Shown here: positions 1 to 7,646 of the stretch, piece by piece | How positions within the stretch are numbered: position 1 is the stretch's first letter | How the letters are laid out: each line of letters begins with the position of its first letter | From: a virus | Virus genome (UHGV): UHGV-0242293 | Length of the DNA stretch: 15,761 nt | Strand: one strand, 5' to 3' | Program-made: the position numbers and the translations under genes | The notes under the pieces: generated by a model | Database searches by the model: none | Told to the model about the DNA's origin: nothing | What the model saw: only the letters and a program-made list of their open reading frames with translations

Positions 1-140
1 ATGGATAAATATCAAATCTGGGAAAAACAAAAAGACACCATCGCCCATAAAGAATATTTAAAAATTTCCGACACCAATTTACTTGGACATATACACATTG
101 CCAATTATGAGGTGATTCAAAGTGAATTAAGCAAATTCAA

Positions 141-409
141 CACCTTCCGTGGGGGAGCAGGTGCTGATTCTGGCCGTGGGCGGTGAACTCGACACGGCGT
201 TCGTTCTGCCGGGGATTTATTCCAGTGATAACCCCGCGCCGTCTGCGTCGGAGGATGCCCTGCATATCCGTTTCCCTGACGGGGCGGTGATTGAGTATGA
301 ACCCGAAACCAGTGCACTCACGGCAAGCGGAATTAAAACGGCCAGCGTGATGGCTTCTGATTCTGTTACTGCCACGGTGCCGGTGGTCACGGTGAAAGCA
401 TCAACCCGC
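141..409 (+). pseudogene. Inverted, diverged internal fragment of a P2-type baseplate spike gene V (codons ~63-156), no start codon
   Basis: Plus-strand translation (ORF 149..430) matches residues ~63-156 of the intact gpV encoded on the minus strand at 571-1206, with scattered substitutions (roughly 95% nucleotide identity by eye). Homology begins near 141 (caccttccgtggggga) and ends at 409 (gtgaaagcatcaacccgc). Confidence 0.75.
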
Positions 410-574
410 CTGCGGCTGGTCAATCATTGATGCCAGCAACGAGCCATAATCACGACGCATCACCCGCGAGCCGACCGGTGTACGCAGGATATCGCCGATA
501 CTCTGGCTGATATGCTCAAGGTCAGTGACAGTCAGGCCATCACTGCGATTCATTCCGAGATAACGCGCTGTCAT
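401..574 (-). pseudogene. W: Truncated baseplate wedge gene W: 55 codons of P2 gpW-like N-terminus, then 2 foreign codons and a stop
   Basis: Minus-strand translation from the ATG at 574 reads MTARYLGMNRSDGLTVTDLEHISQSIGDILRTPVGSRVMRRDYGSLLASMIDQPQ, matching the P2 gpW N-terminus from memory, then AG-stop. The start overlaps the V stop as ATGA. The ORF is cut off by the junction with the inverted V fragment at 409/410. Confidence 0.75.
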
Positions 575-1206
575 AAAGGACTCCCGGTTGTGCCGCCGCT
601 GTCGCCGGGGTGTTTATGGGTATGCAGTACCTTACCGTTTGATGAGAGTTCACCGCCGGTGTGTTCAATGTTGCCGCGCATCGTCCCGCCCTTCTGCACT
701 TCCAGCGTGCCGGTAGTCAGTTTGTTGGTGCAGACCACTTCCGGTGTGTCCAGGGTGATGCGGGTTGATGCTTTCACCATAACCACCGGCACCGTGGCAG
801 TAACAGAATCAGAAGCCATCACGCTGGCCGTTTTAACTCCGCTTACCGTGAGCGCACTGGTTTCAGGTTCATACTCAATCACCGCCCCGTCAGGGAAACG
901 GATATGCAGGGCATCCGCCGACGCAGACGGCGCGGGGTTATCGCCGGAATAAATCCCCGGCAGAACGAACGCCGTGTCGAGTTCACCGCCCACGGCCAGA
1001 ATCAGCACCTGTTCCCCCACGGAAGGTGCCCACCATGTGCGCGAACGTCCGGCGCGATGGGTCAGCCACTGAAGCCAGTCGGTGCACATGCCGCCGGTCT
1101 GCACACGGCAGCGACCGGCGTTAAGGTCGGTTTCGACGACAAGGCCGGTGCGGATCATGTTGCGCAGTGCGCGCGCGAGTTCCTGAATATTTGCGAGAGT
1201 GTTCAT
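571..1206 (-). CDS. V: Baseplate spike / tail spike protein gpV
   Basis: 211-aa ORF whose translation (MNTLANIQELARALRNMIRTGLVVETDLNAGRCRV...) matches P2 gpV from memory in length and sequence. Confidence 0.9.
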   Translation of the reverse strand: MNTLANIQELARALRNMIRTGLVVETDLNAGRCRVQTGGMCTDWLQWLTHRAGRSRTWWAPSVGEQVLILAVGGELDTAFVLPGIYSGDNPAPSASADALHIRFPDGAVIEYEPETSALTVSGVKTASVMASDSVTATVPVVMVKASTRITLDTPEVVCTNKLTTGTLEVQKGGTMRGNIEHTGGELSSNGKVLHTHKHPGDSGGTTGSPL

Positions 1207-1272
1207 AACGGGAAGGATGCCGCCGGGTCATACCGGCGGCAATGTGACGATGAGGTGTCGGGGATGGCACAA

Positions 1273-1725
1273 CTAACGGTCGAGGTGCGCCAGAATAATC
1301 TCTTCAATCATCTGCACATCCTCACCGGTAAAGCCGAGCAGAGGACGCGCCGGATAATCAATTTTCTTACCGTCTTTCCGGGTTTCTTCCGACAGACCGA
1401 ACTGATGCACGCTGGCGATTTTCGGTGACTTCCCGCCGTAAAACTCCATTGATGCCTGTTCCGGGCTGGCGCGGATATGCAAAAAACGACTGGTGATAAG
1501 TTTCGCAAACATTTTTCGCTTAACGCGACCGGTCTTTTTTCTGGCGCTCTGCTGCTGGCGTGGCGCGTAGGGGGTGCCGTCCGGGGCTTTCTGTGCCATC
1601 ACACGATGCTGCTGACTCTGCCGCAGACGTTTCGCCAGTTCGGCACTCAGTCGCCGACGCCCTGATGGTGACAGCGACTCAATCAGTCCGGTCAGCCGGT
1701 CTTCAAAACGCTTAAACTCATTCAT
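1273..1725 (-). CDS. S: Tail completion protein gpS
   Basis: 150-aa ORF (MNEFKRFEDRLTGLIESLSPSGRRRLSAELAKRL...) matching P2 gpS; position between R and V is syntenic. Confidence 0.9.
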   Translation of the reverse strand: MNEFKRFEDRLTGLIESLSPSGRRRLSAELAKRLRQSQQHRVMAQKAPDGTPYAPRQQQSARKKTGRVKRKMFAKLITSRFLHIRASPEQASMEFYGGKSPKIASVHQFGLSEETRKDGKKIDYPARPLLGFTGEDVQMIEEIILAHLDR

Positions 1726-2185
1726 CCCACTTGCTCACCAGTTCGCCATTGATATAAAGCTCCACCGGGCGGGTGACCGGCTCCGGCGGCGTGGGTTCCG
1801 GGATATTCTTCACATGCAGCGCGCCGTCCACCTCACTGACCAGCGTGCGCTCGGTCAGCATCAGGCTGATGCTGATATCAAAGCTGCTGTCATTGTTGAT
1901 GTCTGCATAAAACGTGAAACCTTTTTTCTGGCCTTCGTCGGTGGTCATGATGTCGGGCTGATTTTCCCGCAGCCACGCCAGCACCGGCACGATGAGCAGG
2001 TCAAAATCACCGGTAAAGTCGGTCACAATGACATTGAGCGTGTAACGCTTTTCGAATGACAGCGACGTCGCCAGTGTGGAGGCAATACTCCCGTTATCCA
2101 CGAATATCCGCAGCATCTCGGGGCTGGTTTTCAGCACCGTGACGGCATCAGTCAGCGCCCTGCGCAGGCTGTCGGGTTTGAGCAT
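1718..2185 (-). CDS. R: Tail completion protein gpR
   Basis: 155-aa ORF (MLKPDSLRRALTDAVTVLKTSPEMLRIFVDNGS...) matching P2 gpR; 8-nt overlap with S. Confidence 0.9.
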   Translation of the reverse strand: MLKPDSLRRALTDAVTVLKTSPEMLRIFVDNGSIASTLATSLSFEKRYTLNVIVTDFTGDFDLLIVPVLAWLRENQPDIMTTDEGQKKGFTFYADINNDSSFDISISLMLTERTLVSEVDGALHVKNIPEPTPPEPVTRPVELYINGELVSKWDE

Positions 2186-2438
2186 CGTTTTCGTCCTGAC
2201 AGTGTTTAATCATTTTTACCTGGCTGGCACAGCGTGCCAGCGCGTTCTCAAGCTGCCGGATATCGGCACTTAAATCGCCGTTCGTCTGCGGGTCACTGCC
2301 CGGCATCGGGCAAAGACTCACTTTCGGGCAGGCGTTGGGGACAATCACTGGCGTCAGTGCAGGCCGGACGCTGGTGCAACCGGCGCACAGCATCAGGCAG
2401 GTCAGCACCGTACCAGCGGCGAAAATCTTCGTTTTCAT
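2148..2438 (-). CDS. lysC: LysC, Rz1-like outer-membrane lipoprotein spanin, embedded out of frame in lysB and overlapping R
   Basis: Internal ATG at 2438 preceded by a GAGG Shine-Dalgarno. Product begins MKTKIFAAGTVLTCLMLCAGC, with a signal peptide and lipobox (LCAG-C) and a Pro-rich mature part. 96 codons, as in P2 LysC. Confidence 0.75.
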   Translation of the reverse strand: MKTKIFAAGTVLTCLMLCAGCTSVRPALTPVIVPNACPKVSLCPMPGSDPQTNGDLSADIRQLENALARCASQVKMIKHCQDENDAQTRQPAQGAD

Positions 2439-2718
2439 TGAGTAACCTCGTGATGGTTTTCTCGCGCTGTGCTTCACGCTTCGCGGCGTTCTCCAGTTCC
2501 TGACGCAGTGCCACCTGCGCCAGCTCGTTTTTGTCTGCTCTGGTGAGGGCAACATGAAGCTGATTTTTCAGCATGGTGATGGTCACCTGCTGTTCACTGG
2601 CGACGTTGTTCACCCTGTCCAGCGAGGCGCGCAGGCTGGCGTTTTCATGCTTCGCCAGAAACAGACCCGCCACCGCCAGCGATAACAACACAACCATCAC
2701 AATCATCAGCCTTGACAT
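2293..2718 (-). CDS. lysB: LysB, Rz-like inner-membrane spanin
   Basis: 141-aa ORF with an N-terminal TM helix (IVMVVLLSLAVAGLFL) followed by a coiled-coil-like region; position and length match P2 LysB. Confidence 0.85.
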   Translation of the reverse strand: MSRLMIVMVVLLSLAVAGLFLAKHENASLRASLDRVNNVASEQQVTITMLKNQLHVALTRADKNELAQVALRQELENAAKREAQREKTITRLLNENEDFRRWYGADLPDAVRRLHQRPACTDASDCPQRLPESESLPDAGQ

Positions 2719-3131
2719 GGTTCCCGCCCCTCAAAACGCTGACGGCAGGCCGTACGTATCAGCCGGAAGAACACCGATACCACGAGGTAAATCAGCGCAG
2801 TAAAAATCCACCCGGCAGCGACCAGCGAGATAAATGTCGCCACCATCACCACCAGAGCCGCTGCCCGCCTGCGCCACGGCACCGGCTGCAAAAACAGCGA
2901 CGTGACAATCTTCACGGCCAGCGATTCCGGCGGCAGCTCCCGCCCGTAGCGTTCCAGCACATACTCCGTGGCATACACGCCGACACCACCGGCAACCACA
3001 CAGATAACCGTCGCCAGAATCGCCCAGGCAGCGACAAAACTGACGACCACGCTCTGCGGGTAAATCAGGGACAGTGCCAGCATCAGCGCCAGCGACACGT
3101 GCAGCATCAGTGAAAGGGATAATTTCTTCAT
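2706..3131 (-). CDS. lysA: LysA, membrane protein of the lysis cassette (lysis timing)
   Basis: 141-aa ORF with several hydrophobic helices; syntenic with and the same length as P2 LysA. Confidence 0.85.
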   Translation of the reverse strand: MKKLSLSLMLHVSLALMLALSLIYPQSVVVSFVAAWAILATVICVVAGGVGVYATEYVLERYGRELPPESLAVKIVTSLFLQPVPWRRRAAALVVMVATFISLVAAGWIFTALIYLVVSVFFRLIRTACRQRFEGREPCQG

Positions 3132-3145
3132 GGTGTTTACTCCGT

Positions 3146-3643
3146 TTAAGCCGGTACGCCGCCAGCGGTACGCCAGACGGTGACCAGTTTTTCCAGTGAA
3201 TGCTCACGCTGACCGTAACCGGCACCCGGCAGGGACGCCCAGATATTGCGACAGCGTGAAATGGCGCGCTCAATGCGTCCCGCCCGGATGTCATCCAGTG
3301 CTCCGCGTTCGCGGATCAACTGAATGGCGAGTCTGTCCTGTGACAACGGACTAAAATCCGGCAGGGCAAGCTGTTTGCGGTAATGCGGCCAGAACAGGTA
3401 AAGCTGCTGATAGCGACCGGAGGCCGTGGATTTTTCACCGCGACGGTTAAACACCTTCGCCGGTCGGCCATGTGCGAACGGGTGGTCACTGTAGTCGGTG
3501 AAGATTTCCGGCTTTCCGTCCAGTCCGGTGACTATCACGTCATAGCCCCGGTTTTTCGTCAGCGGATGATTCGCCGTCCCTTCGGACACGGCCAGCATGT
3601 CGAGAAAGGCCGCGATATTCTGATGCGTGTTAATTACCGGCAT
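3146..3643 (-). CDS. K: Endolysin gpK (lysozyme-like)
   Basis: 165-aa ORF (MPVINTHQNIAAFLDMLAVSEGT...) matching P2 gpK; directly downstream of the holin. Confidence 0.9.
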   Translation of the reverse strand: MPVINTHQNIAAFLDMLAVSEGTANHPLTKNRGYDVIVTGLDGKPEIFTDYSDHPFAHGRPAKVFNRRGEKSTASGRYQQLYLFWPHYRKQLALPDFSPLSQDRLAIQLIRERGALDDIRAGRIERAISRCRNIWASLPGAGYGQREHSLEKLVTVWRTAGGVPA

Positions 3644-3924
3644 TACTGTTTCCCCCTGCCCTTAAAACGGCGCTGAATGGCAATCTCAATCACCTGATAA
3701 CCGGCGATACCCAGCATGGAGCCGATACCGCACACCGCAGGCAGTGACAGGTCAGGAAACTGCACCAGAACAACACCGGCAACCATCGAGACAAAACCAC
3801 CGAGCAACATGCGCCCGATAAACAGACGCGGGGTGATGGGTTCACCACCGGCAAGCACCTTGCCGACAACAATCAGCACCCCAATCATGAAAAGCGACAG
3901 GACGCTTTTTTCTTCTGCTGTCAT
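3643..3924 (-). CDS. Y: Holin gpY
   Basis: 93-aa ORF with hydrophobic helices and a charged C-terminus (RRFKGRGKQ); matches P2 gpY in length and position. Confidence 0.88.
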   Translation of the reverse strand: MTAEEKSVLSLFMIGVLIVVGKVLAGGEPITPRLFIGRMLLGGFVSMVAGVVLVQFPDLSLPAVCGIGSMLGIAGYQVIEIAIQRRFKGRGKQ

Positions 3925-3927
3925 GCG

Positions 3928-4131
3928 TTACTCCCACAGATTGACAGTTTCAGCCACGGGCGCGGTCTGAACGTCGGGCAGTTCGACGGCGGTGCCGTGC
4001 GGCAGCACCGCACCCAGTTCAGCCAGTCCCGGATTTGCGGCGAGCACGGCCTTGAGCACGCCCTCAGTGCGCCCGTAATACCGGACACAGATGGCGTCGA
4101 GCGTGTCGCCCTGTAGCGCAAAGGTCTTCAT
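3928..4131 (-). CDS. X: Tail protein gpX
   Basis: Internal start at 4131 (MKTFALQGDTLDAICVRYYGRTEGVLKAVLAANPGL...) gives 67 aa as in P2 gpX; ATGA overlap with the L stop. The 90-aa ORF in the track is an upstream extension. Confidence 0.85.
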   Translation of the reverse strand: MKTFALQGDTLDAICVRYYGRTEGVLKAVLAANPGLAELGAVLPHGTAVELPDVQTAPVAETVNLWE

Positions 4132-4640
4132 CAGATTTGACTCACAATGCAGCGCGGCTTGTCCTGGATTCGCGCCACTGCCCAGCGCATATCCCGCCAC
4201 AGCTCATCAATGGTGCTGTCAATGCTGTCGGCCTTCTTGTCGCCTTTGGCACTGGCATCCACGCCGCGATAACGCTCATAAAGCGATGCGGTCGCCATCG
4301 CACACACGGCGCGCTCGTAGTAAAAAACTTTGATGCTTTCACCGTCGATGTCGTCCGCCGGGACTTCCGCCAGACGCGTAAAACCGGCGGCAATTTTCTG
4401 TTCGCGGTACTCGTACAGCTCCGCATTCGTCTCCGCCATGCCTGACTTGATGGCCTCACGCAGACGGGCGGGGGCGACGGTCTGCTCAAGGCGCATACGT
4501 TCCCGGACGCGCTTCGGGTCGATATCGGGAAAAAAGAACGTGTTTTTAATCACCGGCTCGTCGCCTGCCGGTTGCGGGATGACCACCGTACCCTCACCGG
4601 ACACGGGAGCCTCCTTTCGCGGAATAATCAGCGTCATCAT
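4131..4640 (-). CDS. L: Head completion / stabilisation protein gpL
   Basis: Start chosen at MMTLIIPRKEAPVSGEG (4640), giving 169 aa as in P2 gpL; the track ORF extends 20 codons further upstream. Confidence 0.85.
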   Translation of the reverse strand: MMTLIIPRKEAPVSGEGTVVIPQPAGDEPVIKNTFFFPDIDPKRVRERMRLEQTVAPARLREAIKSGMAETNAELYEYREQKIAAGFTRLAEVPADDIDGESIKVFYYERAVCAMATASLYERYRGVDASAKGDKKADSIDSTIDELWRDMRWAVARIQDKPRCIVSQI

Positions 4641-4739
4641 GACTACCTCTGAAAAGTCGGGCGGTGGACGCCGGTGCAGTGTCAGGTGATTCACCCTCAC
4701 TGACCGGCGTGCCGCCCTGGCGCGGGGCGCATTCGGTTG

Positions 4740-5483
4740 TTAACTGGCTTTCTTTTTCGGGCGTCCACGTTTTGCCGGTGTCACGCTCCGGGTCTTACGC
4801 GGGGCGCGGGTGGCCGCTTTGGGCTGCGGCTCCGGCTTCGGTTTCAGCTCCCGCTCCAGTCGTTCAATCTCTTTTTTGACACCTGCCTGACAGTCGAGCT
4901 GTGTCGCACGTTGCAGGTGAGCCAGCGCACCGGCGGCATCACCACCATCACGCAGAAGCAGACCGGTGATTTTGTGCAGCTTTGCGCGCACTTCATCAGG
5001 CATGTCAGCCGTGGCGGTCAGTTCAAGGGTCTCCGTCAGCAGGCGGGTATCCACAGACTCACCGGCAGCGTGGGCGCGCATGGCCGCTAGCGCCACCTCC
5101 TCGGTGAACATGTATGGCGGGGTGCGGCGGTGTTTACCCGGCATGGTCAGACCGTACTTCAGGGCATAACGGGCAATCTCCAGCGCACCGCTAATATCGC
5201 CGGTATCCAGACGCCACAGCATGACCGTCATCAGAATGTCATCCTGTGCACCTTTGCCCTGCTCCAGCACGCCGTTCACCCACGGCAACCAGAACGGCAG
5301 CAGTTCGCGTTTTTTCGCGGCCTTCAGCTCTTTTGAATAAATCGCTTTCAGTGTGCGCTGGTCTGCGGCGAGCTTAACCAGCATCTGCTCATAGACAGTT
5401 GCATGTCGCAGCGGGGCGGCTTCCCGCTGCGCGGTCATCGCTGCCGAGACCCGCATCATGTGGCGCTGTGCGGGACTCGTCAT
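4740..5483 (-). CDS. M: Terminase small (endonuclease) subunit gpM
   Basis: 247-aa ORF (MTSPAQRHMMRVSAAMTAQREAAPL...) with a basic C-terminal tail; matches P2 gpM. Confidence 0.9.
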   Translation of the reverse strand: MTSPAQRHMMRVSAAMTAQREAAPLRHATVYEQMLVKLAADQRTLKAIYSKELKAAKKRELLPFWLPWVNGVLEQGKGAQDDILMTVMLWRLDTGDISGALEIARYALKYGLTMPGKHRRTPPYMFTEEVALAAMRAHAAGESVDTRLLTETLELTATADMPDEVRAKLHKITGLLLRDGGDAAGALAHLQRATQLDCQAGVKKEIERLERELKPKPEPQPKAATRAPRKTRSVTPAKRGRPKKKAS

Positions 5484-5486
5484 CGG

Positions 5487-6560
5487 TTACGCTCCCGGCT
5501 CTGCGGTCGCTTTAGCCAGTGTGGAGAAATCACCGACCTTAATTTTTTCCACCAGACAACCGGCGGCGTAGTCCTCCACCACGTAATCAATGTTCATTGA
5601 CTCGTAGTTCTCCACGCGGTCGAGTTTCGGGTTTTCCTCAATCACGCGGCGATGGCTGTCATCCATGTAGTAGATGGACAGGTTTTCCAGCTTCGTGATG
5701 AGCATCGCATCCGCCGGGAAGTACGGGACGCGTACCGCTGGCAGGTTGCCGATGCGTTTCTGGCTGATGATGACGTCAGCGGCCAGCATTTCGCTGTTGT
5801 CCTGCTCCTTGTTGACGATGGGAAAATACTTGTCCGCCAGTAGCTGACGTCCCACAATCACCACAAGGTCAGGGTCTTCCTGATACCACGGCTCAATCAG
5901 GTTGTTGGTCGCATCCATCACCAGTGCATCAAGGCTGGCATAATCACCGCCCTTACCCACGCGGATGACCTCAGAGGTGGTGTGCCCTTCCTCGTCAGTG
6001 ACCTTGCTCATCACGCGCGCCGGGGCTTCATTGCGGTATTTCTGCAGCCAGCCGACCGCCACATCCTGCAGCATCGGATTGCTGCTGCGGTCAGAGGTTT
6101 CGGCACGCCTCACGCCGTTAAAACCGGCCATGATTAAATCAAGGGACTGGCGTTTGATAATGGCGTTACGGACACGGAGCTGGAAATCCTGATAACGCGC
6201 CCACAGATCCAGCGTTTTGTAGCGGATATAAAAATCGAAGTTAATCTGGTCGCATTCGTACTTGTTTGACGCCAGCTTCGAGAAGTCCTTCGGCTGACGC
6301 TCGGTGCCACCGGCGGTGTCGGTGGTGCTGGCGATGGAGCCGGTGACACCAATACCAATTTTTTCCCCTTTCATTTCGCTGACCGGCACAATGTTGATGC
6401 GGGTCAGAAAGTCAGAGGACTCCTGCATGGTGTTCATCAGGGTCTGGGTGACCGACGGTTCAACGGTGAATTTTTTCGACACATCACCGGCGTCGATGCC
6501 GTTCAGTTCGGCAACACGGGACAGGTAGGCATTAAATTTAAAGCGGGTTTCCTGGCGCAT
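5487..6560 (-). CDS. N: Major capsid protein gpN
   Basis: 357-aa ORF (MRQETRFKFNAYLSRVAELNGIDAGD...) matching P2 gpN in length and sequence. Confidence 0.92.
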   Translation of the reverse strand: MRQETRFKFNAYLSRVAELNGIDAGDVSKKFTVEPSVTQTLMNTMQESSDFLTRINIVPVSEMKGEKIGIGVTGSIASTTDTAGGTERQPKDFSKLASNKYECDQINFDFYIRYKTLDLWARYQDFQLRVRNAIIKRQSLDLIMAGFNGVRRAETSDRSSNPMLQDVAVGWLQKYRNEAPARVMSKVTDEEGHTTSEVIRVGKGGDYASLDALVMDATNNLIEPWYQEDPDLVVIVGRQLLADKYFPIVNKEQDNSEMLAADVIISQKRIGNLPAVRVPYFPADAMLITKLENLSIYYMDDSHRRVIEENPKLDRVENYESMNIDYVVEDYAAGCLVEKIKVGDFSTLAKATAEPGA

Positions 6561-6618
6561 AGTTTTTCCTGAAATTAAGGGTTAATCGTGAAGGTTTTCC
6601 CGGACTGACTGACGCCGG

Positions 6619-7473
6619 TCAGCAGTTCGTCATCAGGGCGTCACCGCCACCACCGGTGGCCTTGCTGCGGCGCTGCTGGGTCAGACTTTCGGTGTGGTCG
6701 AGACTGTTTTTCAGGCGGGTGAATGCCTGGCTGGTTTCATCCGCCCTGTCAGTCACCTCCTGCTTAAGTGCAGAAAAGGCGGTTTCCATCTCAGCGAGGC
6801 GCTGCTCAGTGGCGCTCAGTTTTTCCTGCACATGTTCAGCAACAGCGGTCACCGCTTCATGCACGTCATTCAGACGGGCGTCATCGCTGGCCTGTTTGCG
6901 GCCAAAAATGGATTTCACCTTTTCGGTCAGGGCGGTGAACACGGTTTCAGGCAGGTCTTCAAATTCCAGCTCAACGGGCGTTGCCACTGAAATCAGGTTT
7001 TCAGGGCTTAATTTGAAGCGGTTCAGAGGGTTGTGTTTTGCCGTGCGGCAGAATTCCAGGTATTCCGTGCCGAGGCTTGCCGGGTCATCGGTGACGGCCA
7101 GCCCCACCAGATAACATTTGCCGGTGTTGGCAAAGTTCGGCTGAATTTCCATTGAGGTATAGACCTTCTGCGCGGCCTTGTTCATCGCGATAAGGTCATC
7201 GGTCGGGGTGATTTTCGCAAACAGCGCCCATTTGCCTTTCAGCGCCGAATCATCGTCAATCTTTTCGGCCTTCAGTTCGGCCACATCGCCATAACGTTTA
7301 AAAATACCGTCAGGCAGGATGCCGCGCAGATGTTCCAGGTTAATGCGGCAACCATAGACTCGCGGGTCAAAGGTTTCGGCCATTTCCTGAATATCCTGCG
7401 CACTGATGACACGCCCGTCACAGGTGTCACCCTCAACGCCGATACGAAAGAATTTTGAGACTTTTTTTGCCAT
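6619..7473 (-). CDS. O: Capsid scaffolding protein gpO
   Basis: Start chosen at MAKKVSKFFRIGVEGDTCDG (ATG at 7473), giving 284 aa as in P2 gpO; the track ORF 6619..7539 is an upstream extension. Confidence 0.9.
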   Translation of the reverse strand: MAKKVSKFFRIGVEGDTCDGRVISAQDIQEMAETFDPRVYGCRINLEHLRGILPDGIFKRYGDVAELKAEKIDDDSALKGKWALFAKITPTDDLIAMNKAAQKVYTSMEIQPNFANTGKCYLVGLAVTDDPASLGTEYLEFCRTAKHNPLNRFKLSPENLISVATPVELEFEDLPETVFTALTEKVKSIFGRKQASDDARLNDVHEAVTAVAEHVQEKLSATEQRLAEMETAFSALKQEVTDRADETSQAFTRLKNSLDHTESLTQQRRSKATGGGGDALMTNC

Positions 7474-7646
7474 TGTCAGGAGTCCTGAATAGTGATTAGA
7501 GGAGTCACATGTCGGCATCAGTTTCCCGACGATACGCATCCTCCGCCATCAGTCCCGGATGGCTTATCACTGACACAACAGCACCTTAGCGAATCGCGGG
7601 GCGCGACTCAGTAGCCTTGCCGTGTATTCATCACGGCGAGGTATTC
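7474..7646. promoter_or_regulatory. Divergent O/P intergenic region, expected site of the divergent late promoters
   Basis: 173-bp gap between the divergently transcribed O and P genes. In P2 the late promoters for the O and P operons lie here. I did not find an exact TGT-N12-ACA activator dyad by eye, so promoter elements are not pinpointed. Confidence 0.4.

Noticed and set aside
1-186. ORF 1..186 (+) as a real gene
   Set aside because: It crosses the junction at ~140 and reads antisense gpV sequence to a stop, so the 3' part is fortuitous. The first ~46 codons may be the tail of a gene from flanking DNA, but that cannot be judged from this window.
141-1021. Diversity-generating retroelement: the two V copies as template and variable repeats, served by the nearby RTs
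   Set aside because: The copies are inverted rather than direct, the differences are not adenine-specific, the partial copy is not at the 3' end of a target gene, and both RTs look retron-type or Abi-type rather than DGR-type.
904-1428. Long ORFs antisense to or overlapping the structural genes (e.g. 904..1428 +, 512..952 +, 6656..7114 +, 7674..8384 -, 8898..9347 -, 9803..10261 -)
   Set aside because: They lie wholly inside well-supported P2-like genes on the opposite strand or in another frame; typical shadow ORFs of GC-rich coding DNA.
7474-7646. Exact TGT-N12-ACA Ogr/Delta activator dyad in the O-P intergenic region
   Set aside because: A manual scan found only half-site matches, so I do not claim a site. 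I also do not claim it is absent, since real sites can deviate and a manual scan is error-prone.
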